A stretch of 64,000 bases of DNA from Gemmatimonadota bacterium. Its GTDB lineage: Bacteria > Gemmatimonadota > Gemmatimonadetes > Gemmatimonadales > GWC2-71-9. The notes below the pieces were generated by a model that saw only the letters and a program-made list of their open reading frames with translations, did not search any database and was not told where the DNA came from. The position numbers and the translations under genes are program-made. This document shows positions 19,678 through 28,861 of the stretch, piece by piece. The stretch is from NCBI GenBank assembly GCA_025358055.1, contig JANYKV010000121.1, positions 585 through 64,584 of the forward strand. The letters run 5' to 3'. Each line of letters starts with the position of its first letter. The first letter of the stretch is position 1.

Positions 19678-22329
19678 TTGACCGGCACTTTCGAGGCGTT
19701 ACGCAGTTCACTGGCGGACCGATACCGACTCGAAAAGGAAATCGGGCGGGGTGGTATGGCCACGGTCTACCTGGCCGAGGACGTCCGCCACCATAGGCGG
19801 GTTGCCATCAAGGTGCTGCTCCCCGAACTATCTGCGTTGCTCGGCCCCGAGCGATTCCTCCAAGAAATCGAACTCACCGCGTCGCTCCAGCATCCAAATA
19901 TTCTGCCCCTGTTCGACTCCGGCAGCGCCAACGGGCTGCTCTACTACGTAATGCCCTTTGTTGAGGGTGAATCCCTTCGGAAGCGTCTCGAGCGCGAGCA
20001 TCATCTGCCGGTGGCCGACGCTCTCCGGATCATTACCGACGTGGCCGATGCGCTCGAATACGCGCACAAGCGGGCGGTGATTCACCGGGACATCAAGCCG
20101 GAGAACATCCTTCTGCATGAAGGCCGGCCCCAAGTGGCCGACTTCGGGATCGCGTTGGCGGTCCAGCAAGCGGGTGGCGCCCGAATGACCCAGACCGGCA
20201 TTAGTCTCGGGACGCCGCAGTACATGGCACCCGAGCAGGCGATGGGCGATCGAGGCGTCGACGCCCGGGCCGACGTGTATGCCCTCGGAGTGGTTGCTTA
20301 CGAGATGCTGGCAGGTGAGCCGCCGTTCACTGGGCCGACCGCGCAGGCGATCGTCGCCAAGGTTATGACCGAATCGCCGAAGCCGCTTGGCGAGCTCCGG
20401 AAGAGCGTCCCGCCTCACGTGGACGAGGCGGTGCTCACGGCGCTGGAGAAACTGCCCGCCGACCGATGGGACAGCGCGAGGGCGTTCGCCACAGCGCTCC
20501 ACTCGGAGGCAACGGGAACCGTTGGCGCTCGAGCGCGGGCGGTCGAGAAGGATCGTTCGCCCGGGCGCCGAGTGGCCGGCGCGTGGGCGATTGCCGGTTT
20601 AGCCGCCGGCGTAGCGGTCGGGATCGGCGTTCACGCACTCTGGAACCGGTCGGCTTCCGAGGCCATCCAAACTCGCCGGACCATCTTCGACCCCAATGCC
20701 ACCGACGTGCGGGGCAGCTTTGGCCGGTTCGCACTGTCGCCCGACGCTCGGTATGTGGTCAACCGCGATCCGACTGAGGCCAAGCGGCGGCTCACCCTCC
20801 GACGAACCGATCAGCTGACCAGCACCCCGATTGCGGGCTCCGAGGGGGCCCTGAGTCCCTTCATCTCCTGGGACAGCCGCCAGCTGGGGTACGTCGAATC
20901 GGAGGGCATCTACGTACTGCCGATCGAGGGCGGGGTGCCCACTCGTCTGGCGAACGCCACGCCGAGAAGTGTCGGGACGCCGGCCTGGACGCCGGATGGC
21001 CGGATCGTCTTCACCGATAGAATGGGTGGGCTCTCGATTGTGAAGGCCGACGGGAGCGACCCGCGAACGATCACCGTCCCCGACTCGGGCCGCACCCACG
21101 TCTCGCCCATCGTGTTGCCAACCGGGAAGGGCGTCCTCTTCACGATCACGAGTACCAGCGGCTTTACCAGGCGGACGACGGTGGCGGTGGTATCGCTCGG
21201 GGGCGGGTCGGTGTTCGAGCTGGTGAAGAACGACGGGGCGGCCCCGCAGTACGATGACGGCCACCTGCTTTATGTTCGGGGGGACGGCGCCCTGATGGTG
21301 GCCCCGTTCGATCTCGTTGCCATGCGAATCACGGGGCCGGCGGTTGCGCTGGGCGACCGGGTAACCCAAGCACTTGCGGGTGTCGCTTTCCTCTCGGTCA
21401 ACCACGGGTTGATCATCTACCAACGCGCGACCGTAGCTCGGCTGTTCACCATCGACCGGGCCGGCACCCGGACTCAGTTGCTCGACCAGGTGGCAGTCTT
21501 CCATCGGCCGGTGTATTCGCCCGATGGGCGGATGATCTCGGTCGATATCGCGGGCGACCGCGACGGGCAACGCGATGTCTGGCTGCTCGAAGTCGCGACG
21601 GGGACGCTCTCTCGGCTCACCAACGTCGGGGATGGGCACGACGCCGGCTGGACCCCCGATGGCCGAAGAGTCACCTTTTTCACCAACGATTCTCGGGACG
21701 GCCCCATCTTCACCGTCCCGGCTGACCGAGGCGGAGCGCCAGTGCGGCTGCCGATTCCTCCTAGTCTCGATGCCAGGCTCGTGGCGGTGCCCGGCAACTG
21801 GCTTCCGGACGGGACCACCTATCTGGCCGCCACGGAGGACCCGATCACCCTGGGCGACATTTGGGCGCTTAAGGCGGATGGATCGGCCCCGACTCGTCTG
21901 GCCGCGACCGCATCCGACGAGCATTCGCCGACCGCTTCGCCTGACGGCCACTGGTTTGCGTACGTGAGCGCGGAGAGTGGGCGAGAGGAGGTCTACGTTC
22001 AGCGGCTGGCTGAGGGTGCGGCGCGGGTGCAAGTGTCCCGTGTCGGCGGCCGATCACCGGTGTGGTCCCGGGACGGACGCTCGTTGTTCTATCTCGAGTC
22101 GGAAGGAGTGACCAATACGCTGATCGAGGCGTCCCTTCGGCTGGCGGGCGCCCCGCAGGTTGCATCCCGCCACTCCGTCCTCTCGGGATTGTTCCTGACC
22201 CTCGCCTCGAATCACGCCAACTATGACGTCAGTCCGGATGGAAAGCGATTCGTCTTTGTAATTCCGGAGCCCAACCAAGGTCTGATGGCCGTGTTGGGCT
22301 GGGAGGGTGCACTCGCCGGCAAGCCATGA
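19678..22329 (+). CDS. Ser/Thr protein kinase with C-terminal TolB-like (PD40/WD40-like) beta-propeller
   Basis: TTG start. GRGGMATVYLAED, HRDIKPEN, ADFG, GTPQYMAPEQ. One TM helix. Then repeated SPDG/TPDG...F motifs (WTPDGRIVF, YSPDGRMIS, WTPDGRRVTF, ASPDGHWFAY, VSPDGKRFVF). Confidence 0.85.
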   Translation: MTGTFEALRSSLADRYRLEKEIGRGGMATVYLAEDVRHHRRVAIKVLLPELSALLGPERFLQEIELTASLQHPNILPLFDSGSANGLLYYVMPFVEGESLRKRLEREHHLPVADALRIITDVADALEYAHKRAVIHRDIKPENILLHEGRPQVADFGIALAVQQAGGARMTQTGISLGTPQYMAPEQAMGDRGVDARADVYALGVVAYEMLAGEPPFTGPTAQAIVAKVMTESPKPLGELRKSVPPHVDEAVLTALEKLPADRWDSARAFATALHSEATGTVGARARAVEKDRSPGRRVAGAWAIAGLAAGVAVGIGVHALWNRSASEAIQTRRTIFDPNATDVRGSFGRFALSPDARYVVNRDPTEAKRRLTLRRTDQLTSTPIAGSEGALSPFISWDSRQLGYVESEGIYVLPIEGGVPTRLANATPRSVGTPAWTPDGRIVFTDRMGGLSIVKADGSDPRTITVPDSGRTHVSPIVLPTGKGVLFTITSTSGFTRRTTVAVVSLGGGSVFELVKNDGAAPQYDDGHLLYVRGDGALMVAPFDLVAMRITGPAVALGDRVTQALAGVAFLSVNHGLIIYQRATVARLFTIDRAGTRTQLLDQVAVFHRPVYSPDGRMISVDIAGDRDGQRDVWLLEVATGTLSRLTNVGDGHDAGWTPDGRRVTFFTNDSRDGPIFTVPADRGGAPVRLPIPPSLDARLVAVPGNWLPDGTTYLAATEDPITLGDIWALKADGSAPTRLAATASDEHSPTASPDGHWFAYVSAESGREEVYVQRLAEGAARVQVSRVGGRSPVWSRDGRSLFYLESEGVTNTLIEASLRLAGAPQVASRHSVLSGLFLTLASNHANYDVSPDGKRFVFVIPEPNQGLMAVLGWEGALAGKP

Positions 22330-22351
22330 CCTCCAGCACCGTTGACGATGA

Positions 22352-22519
22352 CCAAACCGGAACCGACACCCACTCTCCCGCATCCGTATCGCGGATTTTC
22401 GAGTCATCTATAGTATTGAGGATCGCGGGCTCCTCATGCTCCTGATTCGTGTGGGCAAGCGGGCGCAAGACGAGGTTACCTTCACTGCATTGGCGGCTTC
22501 GGTAGCGGTCAGGGCCTGA
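22352..22519 (+). pseudogene. RelE/ParE-family toxin remnant (C-terminal ~55 codons, no start, no antitoxin)
   Basis: My translation of the frame opened after TGA 22349-22351: PNRNRHPLSRIRIADFRVIYSIEDRGLLMLLIRVGKRAQDEVTFTALAASVAVRA*. This matches the RelE/ParE C-terminal pattern (R.R.GDYRVIY.I.D....V.VLRVGHR..VY). There is no Met/Val start, and it begins 22 nt after the kinase stop. Confidence 0.5.
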
Positions 22520-22578
22520 CGGCGGTCCGCCGGTGAGATGGGGAAGGTTTTTTCGAAGGTTGGAGCAGAGGTGTTCAC

Positions 22579-23286
22579 ATGACCGCACGCTCAGGGCGCC
22601 TGGTTTCGCATGAATCACTATTTGTTGTGGTCCTCGCGATCGCATGCGGCTCCGAGGGCCCGACTTCCGCCGGTCCTGGCCCGGTCTTTCAGTCGTTGGC
22701 ATTCCACATCGAGCCCAACAGTTTTATTGTGGCCCCCGGTGACAAAGTCCGCCTCCGAGCGGTTTCCGATTCTGGGGTCGACGTCTCTGTGCTATGGCGG
22801 CTGGCGGACTCGGCGTCTGGGTCAATCACCGACCGGGGCCTTTTTTCAATCTGTTTCAGCGGAGGTTCGTATGAGGTGGTGGCCCTCCTCAAGGCGGATA
22901 CGACCAAGATTGCTCGCGTCACACCGGCGCTCCGCCTGACTATACCGCTTTCGATTCAGGCCATTCGCAATGTGAGCTCCCATGATGCTGTCGCGTTGGA
23001 CTCGGTCGCCGATAGTGTTGCGGTGGAGGTGAACCTAGATCCAAAGGGATTAGCCTGCCGCCGCATCGAAAAGGTTAGCCTTCAGGCCATTGCGGGAGAC
23101 GGTTTGGTTACTGAACTCGCCGGAGTGACTTACCAAACTACACCGGGCGACAGTTTCACCGAGCACCTCTCGTGGAATTCTCACCAGCTTCCGAATGCGG
23201 CGTATGCGCTTCGAGTCACGGCTTTCCTTGACCGGTACGGGCCAGTCGAGTCCAGCGAGACAAACATCACAGTGCGCAATCGGTGA
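22579..23286 (+). CDS. Lipoprotein with Ig-like (Big_2-like) region, function unknown
   Basis: Lipobox VVVLAIAC|G. IEPNSFIVAPGDKVRLRAVSDSG...GSITDRGLF resembles a Big_2 domain. Confidence 0.6.
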   Translation: MTARSGRLVSHESLFVVVLAIACGSEGPTSAGPGPVFQSLAFHIEPNSFIVAPGDKVRLRAVSDSGVDVSVLWRLADSASGSITDRGLFSICFSGGSYEVVALLKADTTKIARVTPALRLTIPLSIQAIRNVSSHDAVALDSVADSVAVEVNLDPKGLACRRIEKVSLQAIAGDGLVTELAGVTYQTTPGDSFTEHLSWNSHQLPNAAYALRVTAFLDRYGPVESSETNITVRNR

Positions 23287-23307
23287 TACCCCCGGTCCCC
23301 AGTTCCC

Positions 23308-24663
23308 GTGACTAGTCCCCAGATCCTGATCGCCGACGATCAGCCCGATCTACTCGAGGCACTTCGGTTGTTGCTCAAGGCCGAGGGGTACCGCACGGTC
23401 ACGGCGCACGTGCCGGAGGGAGTGCTTTCCATCATCGATCGCGAGGAAGTCGATGCGGCGCTGATCGATCTCAACTACACTCGGGACACGACGTCAGGGC
23501 GCGAAGGAATGGACCTCCTCTCGCGTATTCGCGCCCATGATCCGACGTTGCCCGTGATCGTGATGACCGCGTGGGGTAGTGTGGACAAAGCCGTGGAGGC
23601 GATGCGACTCGGCGCTCGCGATTTTGTCGAGAAGCCGTGGGACAATACCCGCCTACTCACGACCCTCAAGGCGCAGGTGGAGCTCGGCCGCGCCCTTCGG
23701 GTGAGCCAGCGCCTCGCGATGGAGAACCGGCTCCTGAAGAAGGACGGACTCCCGGAGCTGATCGCCGAATCACCGGTGATGCGCCCGATTCTGGAAGTGA
23801 TGCAGCGGATCGCGCCGTCGGATGCCAATGTGCTCATCACCGGAGACCACGGAACCGGCAAGGAGGTCGTGGCGCGGTGGATTCATGCGGCTTCGCGCCG
23901 GGCGGACAAACCGCTAGTGATCATCAACGCCGGAGGCCTGTCGGAAGGCGTTTTCGAAAGTGAGCTGTTCGGGCACGTGAAAGGTGCCTTCACCGACGCC
24001 AAGACCGATCGCGTGGGACGATTCGAGCTCGCCGACAGTGGCACCATGTTCCTGGACGAGATCGCGAACATCGGGTTGGCGCAGCAGGCCCGTTTGCTTC
24101 GCGTCCTGCAAACCGGGGAGCTCGAACGCGTCGGGTCCTCCCAAACCCGGCGGGTCGATGTCCGCCTCATTGCGGCGACCAACGCAGATCTCCGAGCCGC
24201 CGTCGCTGCGGGCCGGTTCCGCGAGGATCTCCTCTTCCGGCTCAATACGATCGAAATTCACCTTCCCGCGCTCCGGGACCGGCCGGAGGACATCCTCCCG
24301 CTGGCCCAGTCATTCCTCACCCGTCATGCGGTGCGGTACGGAAAGCCCTTGAGCCGCTTCAGCCATGAAGCGCTGGCCGCACTCCGGCGCTATGCCTGGC
24401 CCGGCAACATCCGCGAGCTTGATCATGCGGTAGAGCGCGCGGTCCTGCTCGCTCGGGCGGAGGAAGTGCAAGGGTCCGATTTGGCGCTGGTCTGGCCGGA
24501 AGGCCCACCGGGAACGGGAACCCGGAGCCTGGACGAAGTCGAGCGCGACACGATCCGCAATGCGTTGGATCGGGCCGGCGGGAACGTCAGCCTCGCGGCG
24601 AAGGAACTGGGCTTAAGTCGGAGCGCACTCTACCGGAGGCTTCAACGGCATCGGCTCCTGTGA
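23308..24663 (+). CDS. Sigma-54-dependent response regulator (NtrC-family enhancer-binding protein)
   Basis: GTG start. REC domain (ILIADDQPD...DLNY). AAA+ sigma-54 interaction domain (GDHGTGKE Walker A, GAFTDA, ESELFGH). C-terminal Fis-type HTH (AAKELGLSRSALYRRL). Confidence 0.9.
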   Translation: MTSPQILIADDQPDLLEALRLLLKAEGYRTVTAHVPEGVLSIIDREEVDAALIDLNYTRDTTSGREGMDLLSRIRAHDPTLPVIVMTAWGSVDKAVEAMRLGARDFVEKPWDNTRLLTTLKAQVELGRALRVSQRLAMENRLLKKDGLPELIAESPVMRPILEVMQRIAPSDANVLITGDHGTGKEVVARWIHAASRRADKPLVIINAGGLSEGVFESELFGHVKGAFTDAKTDRVGRFELADSGTMFLDEIANIGLAQQARLLRVLQTGELERVGSSQTRRVDVRLIAATNADLRAAVAAGRFREDLLFRLNTIEIHLPALRDRPEDILPLAQSFLTRHAVRYGKPLSRFSHEALAALRRYAWPGNIRELDHAVERAVLLARAEEVQGSDLALVWPEGPPGTGTRSLDEVERDTIRNALDRAGGNVSLAAKELGLSRSALYRRLQRHRLL

Positions 24664-26027
24664 GGTGGCTGCGCAAACTCACCCATGATCAAAGGATTGT
24701 TGCCTACATCCTGACTGCGGCCGCGCCGGCGCTCGGTCTTGCGGTCTACTTGTTGTGGGCCCAGTCCTGGTCAACGACCTGGCGCTGGCTTCTCATCAGC
24801 TTCCTCGTGCTCTGGTTGTTGCTGGCGGTGCGAGCAGCTCGGATCACCGTCCTTCGCCCACTTCAAATCATCGCGAATCTCTTGGCCGGTCTCCGCGAAG
24901 GGCATTTCACCATGCGAGCCCGGGGTGGCGACGATCGCGAAGATGAACTCACGTCGGTGTTCCGCGAGGTGAACGCCCTCAGCGATACCCTGGAGAGCCA
25001 GCGAATCGGGGCGGTGGAAGCCGATGCCTTGCTCCGCCGGGTGATGGAGGAGATTGAAGTGGTGGTCTTCGCGTTCGACGGCCATCGTACCCTTCGCCTC
25101 GCCAATCGGGCCGGGCAGCGGCTGCTGGGGCTACCGCTCGAGAACATCTTGGGGAAAAGCGCCGATACGCTGGGTCTCCGAGAATGCGTCGAAGGTTCGA
25201 CGCCGCGAACTATTGAGGCGGTCTTCCCCGGTGGACGCGCCGGCCGTTGGGAGGTACGCCGCAGCAGCTTTCGCCAAGAAGGCCTCCCGATGGAGCTCGT
25301 GGTGCTGGCCGACTTGAGCCGCGCCCTTCGCGAAGAGGAACGTCAGGTGTGGCAGCGGCTCGTGCGAGTGCTCAGCCACGAGATCAATAATTCGTTGGCT
25401 CCGATCAAATCACTCGCGGGTACGCTGCGCGGCATGCTCGATCGGTCGCCGCGAGCCCCGGACTACGAAGAAGATCTGCGATCAGGACTCGAAGTCATCG
25501 GTGGTCGTTCGGAAGCCCTCGAACGACTGATGGGGTCGTATGCCCGTCTGGCGCGACTTCCTCCCCCGACCCTGGGGCATCTCAAGATCGACGAGCACGT
25601 GCGTCGGGTCGCCGAACTGGAAGCCCGCCTTCCCGTCCAGGTGGTACCAGGGCCTCGCGTCACCGTGCGCGCCGATGCGGACCAACTCGATCAGCTGCTG
25701 ATCAACCTGGTCAAGAATGGGGTCGAGGCGGCTCTGGAGACTGGCGGGGGAGTCGAGATGGGTTGGTCGGTCCAAGACCATGCTCTCGACCTGTGGGTCC
25801 GAGACGAAGGGAAGGGATTGAGCTCCACCGCGAACCTGTTCGTGCCGTTCTACACCACCAAACGCGGCGGCTCTGGTATCGGGCTCGTTTTCAGCCGACA
25901 GGTCGCCGAGGCACATGGGGGTACACTCACGCTCGCGAACCGACGCGATCATCGCGGATGTGAGGCACGACTCCACTTGCCGAACGCCGCGGAGACTGCT
26001 GAGGAGGTCTCCGATCCTCGATCCTGA
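24660..26027 (+). CDS. Sensor histidine kinase (TM-HAMP-PAS-HisKA-HATPase)
   Basis: GTGA overlap with the regulator stop. Two N-terminal TM helices. H-box LSHEINNSLAPI. N/G boxes LINLVKNGVEA, DEGKG, GSGIGL. Confidence 0.85.
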   Translation: MRWLRKLTHDQRIVAYILTAAAPALGLAVYLLWAQSWSTTWRWLLISFLVLWLLLAVRAARITVLRPLQIIANLLAGLREGHFTMRARGGDDREDELTSVFREVNALSDTLESQRIGAVEADALLRRVMEEIEVVVFAFDGHRTLRLANRAGQRLLGLPLENILGKSADTLGLRECVEGSTPRTIEAVFPGGRAGRWEVRRSSFRQEGLPMELVVLADLSRALREEERQVWQRLVRVLSHEINNSLAPIKSLAGTLRGMLDRSPRAPDYEEDLRSGLEVIGGRSEALERLMGSYARLARLPPPTLGHLKIDEHVRRVAELEARLPVQVVPGPRVTVRADADQLDQLLINLVKNGVEAALETGGGVEMGWSVQDHALDLWVRDEGKGLSSTANLFVPFYTTKRGGSGIGLVFSRQVAEAHGGTLTLANRRDHRGCEARLHLPNAAETAEEVSDPRS

Positions 26028-26046
26028 AATCACCCTTGGTGGCTAT

Positions 26047-26334
26047 ATGAAGCGCCACGATCGCGCAGCAGCATTCGGGGGCAGCGACGGGCACGCCTAT
26101 TCTGTCGCCATCTATGTCGACGAAACCCCGGACGAGCGGGGTCGGCATGGGGCGTCTCTGCTGTTCGTCCGCTGGAGCCCTGCCGGCGACGCCCCCGTGG
26201 GTCACGTGGAGACCGACGTTCTCGCATGGGACGTGAGTCCCGACGCCGCCTCCGACCGCCTCAAGGCGTACTCGCTTTTCGACGTGAAGGCGGCGCTCGA
26301 CGAGGCGATCGCTCGACAACCGGAGGAGTGGTGA
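26047..26334 (+). CDS. Small hypothetical protein (95 aa)
   Basis: ORF 25915..26334 trimmed to ATG 26047, just after the kinase stop. Its stop overlaps the rsgA GTG (GTGA). No recognisable motif. Confidence 0.45.
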   Translation: MKRHDRAAAFGGSDGHAYSVAIYVDETPDERGRHGASLLFVRWSPAGDAPVGHVETDVLAWDVSPDAASDRLKAYSLFDVKAALDEAIARQPEEW

Positions 26335-27242
26335 GCGACCTCGAAGGGACAGTGCTCTCGCGCGAGGGTGGGCAATATCGCGTTGCGACCTCGATTGGTG
26401 AGGTCACCGCGGTGCTCCGGGGGAAGGTGCGGCGGGCGGAGTCCGCAGGAAAGGTCGTGCCCGGCGACCGAGTGGTGCTTGAGTCGTCCGACACCGGAAC
26501 GACGTACGGCATTTCCGCAACCTTTCCGCGCAAGAATGTGCTGGAGCGCCGGACGCCCGAAGGTCGAGGTACTAGGCCGGTGGCCGCCAATCTCGACCAT
26601 GTCTTCGTGCTGACCGCGACCGTCGATCCCGCGCCCATCCCGCAGTTGATCGATCGGCTCCTCGTCCTCGCCGAGGCCAACGAGATTCACGCCTCGGTGA
26701 TCATGAATAAGACCGATCTCGACCCCGGGACGCAGCTGATCGAGCGGATGCGGAAGGCCGGCTACGAAGTGTTCCCGGTCTCCGTCAAGCAAAGTCTGGG
26801 ACTCGAGCCTTTGGCTGAAAAACTGCTGCATCACACTTCGGTTTTGGTGGGTCCGTCCGGCGCTGGGAAATCGAGCCTGCTCAACCGCATCGAGCCCGGA
26901 CTGGCGCTCCGCACCAATGAGATTAGCGAACGGGTCCGCCGCGGAAAGAACACGACTGTTTCCGCCGTTATGGTGCCGCTCGGGCAGGGCGGGTTTCTCG
27001 TCGACACGCCTGGATATAGCGAGGTGGGACTTTGGGGGATTGAGCCGCGGGAGCTGGCGAGTTGCTTTCCGGAGATGCGGCCCCTGTTGGAGCGCTGCCA
27101 CTTCGCGGACTGTCGCCATCTTACGGAACCTGGGTGTGCCATCAAGGCAGCGGTGCGCACCGGTGAAGTGGCAGCGGACCGCTACGATAGCTACCAGGTG
27201 TTGCTCAACGAGCTAGTGACCGCGCCCCAGGACTGGGAGTGA
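26331..27242 (+). CDS. rsgA: Ribosome small-subunit-dependent GTPase A
   Basis: GTG 26331 with GGAGGAG upstream. Circularly permuted GTPase order NKTDL (G4) - GPSGAGKSSL (G1) - DTPG (G3). C-terminal zinc knuckle CHFADCRHLTEPGC. Confidence 0.9.
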   Translation: MSDLEGTVLSREGGQYRVATSIGEVTAVLRGKVRRAESAGKVVPGDRVVLESSDTGTTYGISATFPRKNVLERRTPEGRGTRPVAANLDHVFVLTATVDPAPIPQLIDRLLVLAEANEIHASVIMNKTDLDPGTQLIERMRKAGYEVFPVSVKQSLGLEPLAEKLLHHTSVLVGPSGAGKSSLLNRIEPGLALRTNEISERVRRGKNTTVSAVMVPLGQGGFLVDTPGYSEVGLWGIEPRELASCFPEMRPLLERCHFADCRHLTEPGCAIKAAVRTGEVAADRYDSYQVLLNELVTAPQDWE

Positions 27243-27295
27243 TCCCGGGCCAGTGAGGCGCAAGATCTAGAGATGAGGGGTCGCGTGAAGCCACG

Positions 27296-28342
27296 ATGCG
27301 TTCGGTTGTGACGTCACCCTCGGCGAAGACAGCTGGAGGCGTGCACCCTTTCCTCATGTTGGTGGCGTTCGCTGCGTGCAGCAACGCGACCGATCCATCG
27401 GCTCGCGCGTCATGGGAATCCGAGCAGGTCACCCGCCAAGACACCGCGGTCGTCGTTGAGCAGGTCACCTATCGATCCAGCGCTTTGGTGGTGCGCGGCG
27501 TTTTATGCCACCCGACGCGCGCGGGCCGATATCCCACGATCATTCTCAATCACGGCGGATGGTCGGGGTTGGGAACCGAGCTCAACTCCACGGGTAGCGT
27601 GTGCGCGGTCTTCGCGCAAAGCGGCTACGTAATCGCGGAACCATCCTACCGAGGCGAGGATACTTCCCAGGGCACCATCGAAATGTGTCTTGGCGAGGCG
27701 GAGGATGTCGCCCGGATGCTCACCATCGTGCGCGCTCTGCCCTACGTCGATTCCAACCGGATCGGGATCATCGGAGGATCCCACGGTGGTTGCATCACGC
27801 TCCGATCTCTCACGCTCGGTATCGTGGCTCCGCGAGCCGTCGCCGTGGCGGGGCCAACCGACTGGGCCGGGATCTATGCGAAATCGAGGGAGCATGTTGC
27901 CCACATGGACGCGCCGAATCTTGCGTTCCACCAGTTGATCCTCGCCACTCTGGATCGCTACGTGGGTGGGAGTCCTGAGCAGGTACCACAGGCGTATGCC
28001 GATCGCTCGTTGCTCACCCGCGCCGGGCGAATCGCGGCGTGGGACGGACGCCTTCTCATCCAGCATGGGGTGGAGGACGATATCGTGCCGGTCGGTCAGT
28101 CCTGCGCTCTGGCGGCGCTCATCGGCAACGTCGCCGCCTATCATATTGACTACCGGGGCGAGGTGGTCGCTGCTCCGCCAGCTGCCTGCGTAGGGGCGAC
28201 ACTCACCTGGCGTTCGGACCGGCTGCCGACCGATTGGCCCGCCCGACACTATCTGGTCGTGTACGACTCCCTCGATCATGGGTTTGGTCTCAACCTCGCC
28301 CGCCAGAACACGGACGCCCTAAGTTTCCTCCTGTTCCCCTAA
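27296..28342 (+). CDS. Lipoprotein alpha/beta hydrolase (S9/dienelactone-hydrolase-like)
   Basis: Lipobox VAFAAC. GGSHGG nucleophile elbow. HGVEDDIVP acid region. Confidence 0.75.
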   Translation: MRSVVTSPSAKTAGGVHPFLMLVAFAACSNATDPSARASWESEQVTRQDTAVVVEQVTYRSSALVVRGVLCHPTRAGRYPTIILNHGGWSGLGTELNSTGSVCAVFAQSGYVIAEPSYRGEDTSQGTIEMCLGEAEDVARMLTIVRALPYVDSNRIGIIGGSHGGCITLRSLTLGIVAPRAVAVAGPTDWAGIYAKSREHVAHMDAPNLAFHQLILATLDRYVGGSPEQVPQAYADRSLLTRAGRIAAWDGRLLIQHGVEDDIVPVGQSCALAALIGNVAAYHIDYRGEVVAAPPAACVGATLTWRSDRLPTDWPARHYLVVYDSLDHGFGLNLARQNTDALSFLLFP

Positions 28343-28400
28343 GGAGCCTCTGCACCAGGTCCCGGCCCCGCCACGACACTTGCTCAGAGCTTCCCGTAGG
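28338..28400. repeat. CTAG-centred palindromic extragenic element (family 2, short form)
   Basis: Arms CCTAAGGAGCCTCTGCAC (overlaps the TAA stop at 28340-28342) and TCAGAGCTTCCCGTAGG form an imperfect inverted repeat about 28 nt apart. Related to 43404-43580 and 45904-45930. Confidence 0.6.
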
Positions 28401-28413
28401 CGCCTTCCTCCCC

Positions 28414-28448
28414 TTGACGCTTTAGGGTAGAACCTCTATCTTCCCTAA
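28414..28448 (+). promoter_or_regulatory. Putative sigma-70 promoter plus dyad operator upstream of padR-1
   Basis: TTGACG (28414-28419), 17 nt, TATCTT (28437-28442). Inverted repeat TTAGGGTAGA (28422-28431) / TCTTCCCTAA (28439-28448) spans the -10. Confidence 0.45.
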
Positions 28449-28521
28449 GAGGTTTAGGTGATACGGCACTACCACCCAACACCCAGGGAACCACGGTACC
28501 CGGGACCACCAGGACCTCTTC

Positions 28522-28857
28522 ATGACCCAATCCGTCGACCTCATGCAGGGCACGCTCGAATTCCTCATCCTCAAGACCCTCACGTGGGGCCCGATGCACG
28601 GCTTTGCCGTCGGACGGTGGATTCGGACCACCACGGACGACGCTTTGGAGATCGAGGAGGGAGCGTTGTATCCCGCGCTTCACCGGATGGAGCGCCGCGG
28701 CTGGGTGGACGCGGAGTGGGCGCTGACCGAGAACAACCGGAAAGCCAAGTACTACGAGATCACGCGGTTGGGCCGGGAGCAGCTTCGTAAGGAGGAGCGC
28801 AGCTGGACCCGGTACGTTGCGGCGGTGGCCAAGATCATGGCAGCGGCGAAGGCCTAG
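28522..28857 (+). CDS. PadR-family transcriptional regulator
   Basis: LQGTLEFLILKTLTWGPMHGFAVGRWI...EEGALYPALHRMERRGWV...NNRKAKYYEIT is the canonical PadR winged helix. Confidence 0.9.
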   Translation: MTQSVDLMQGTLEFLILKTLTWGPMHGFAVGRWIRTTTDDALEIEEGALYPALHRMERRGWVDAEWALTENNRKAKYYEITRLGREQLRKEERSWTRYVAAVAKIMAAAKA

Positions 28858-28861
28858 CCCC

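Noticed and set aside
22229-22702. Minus-strand ORF 22229..22702 (157 aa) spanning the kinase/lipoprotein intergenic region
   Set aside because: It overlaps two well-supported plus-strand genes and the RelE remnant, and has no motifs.
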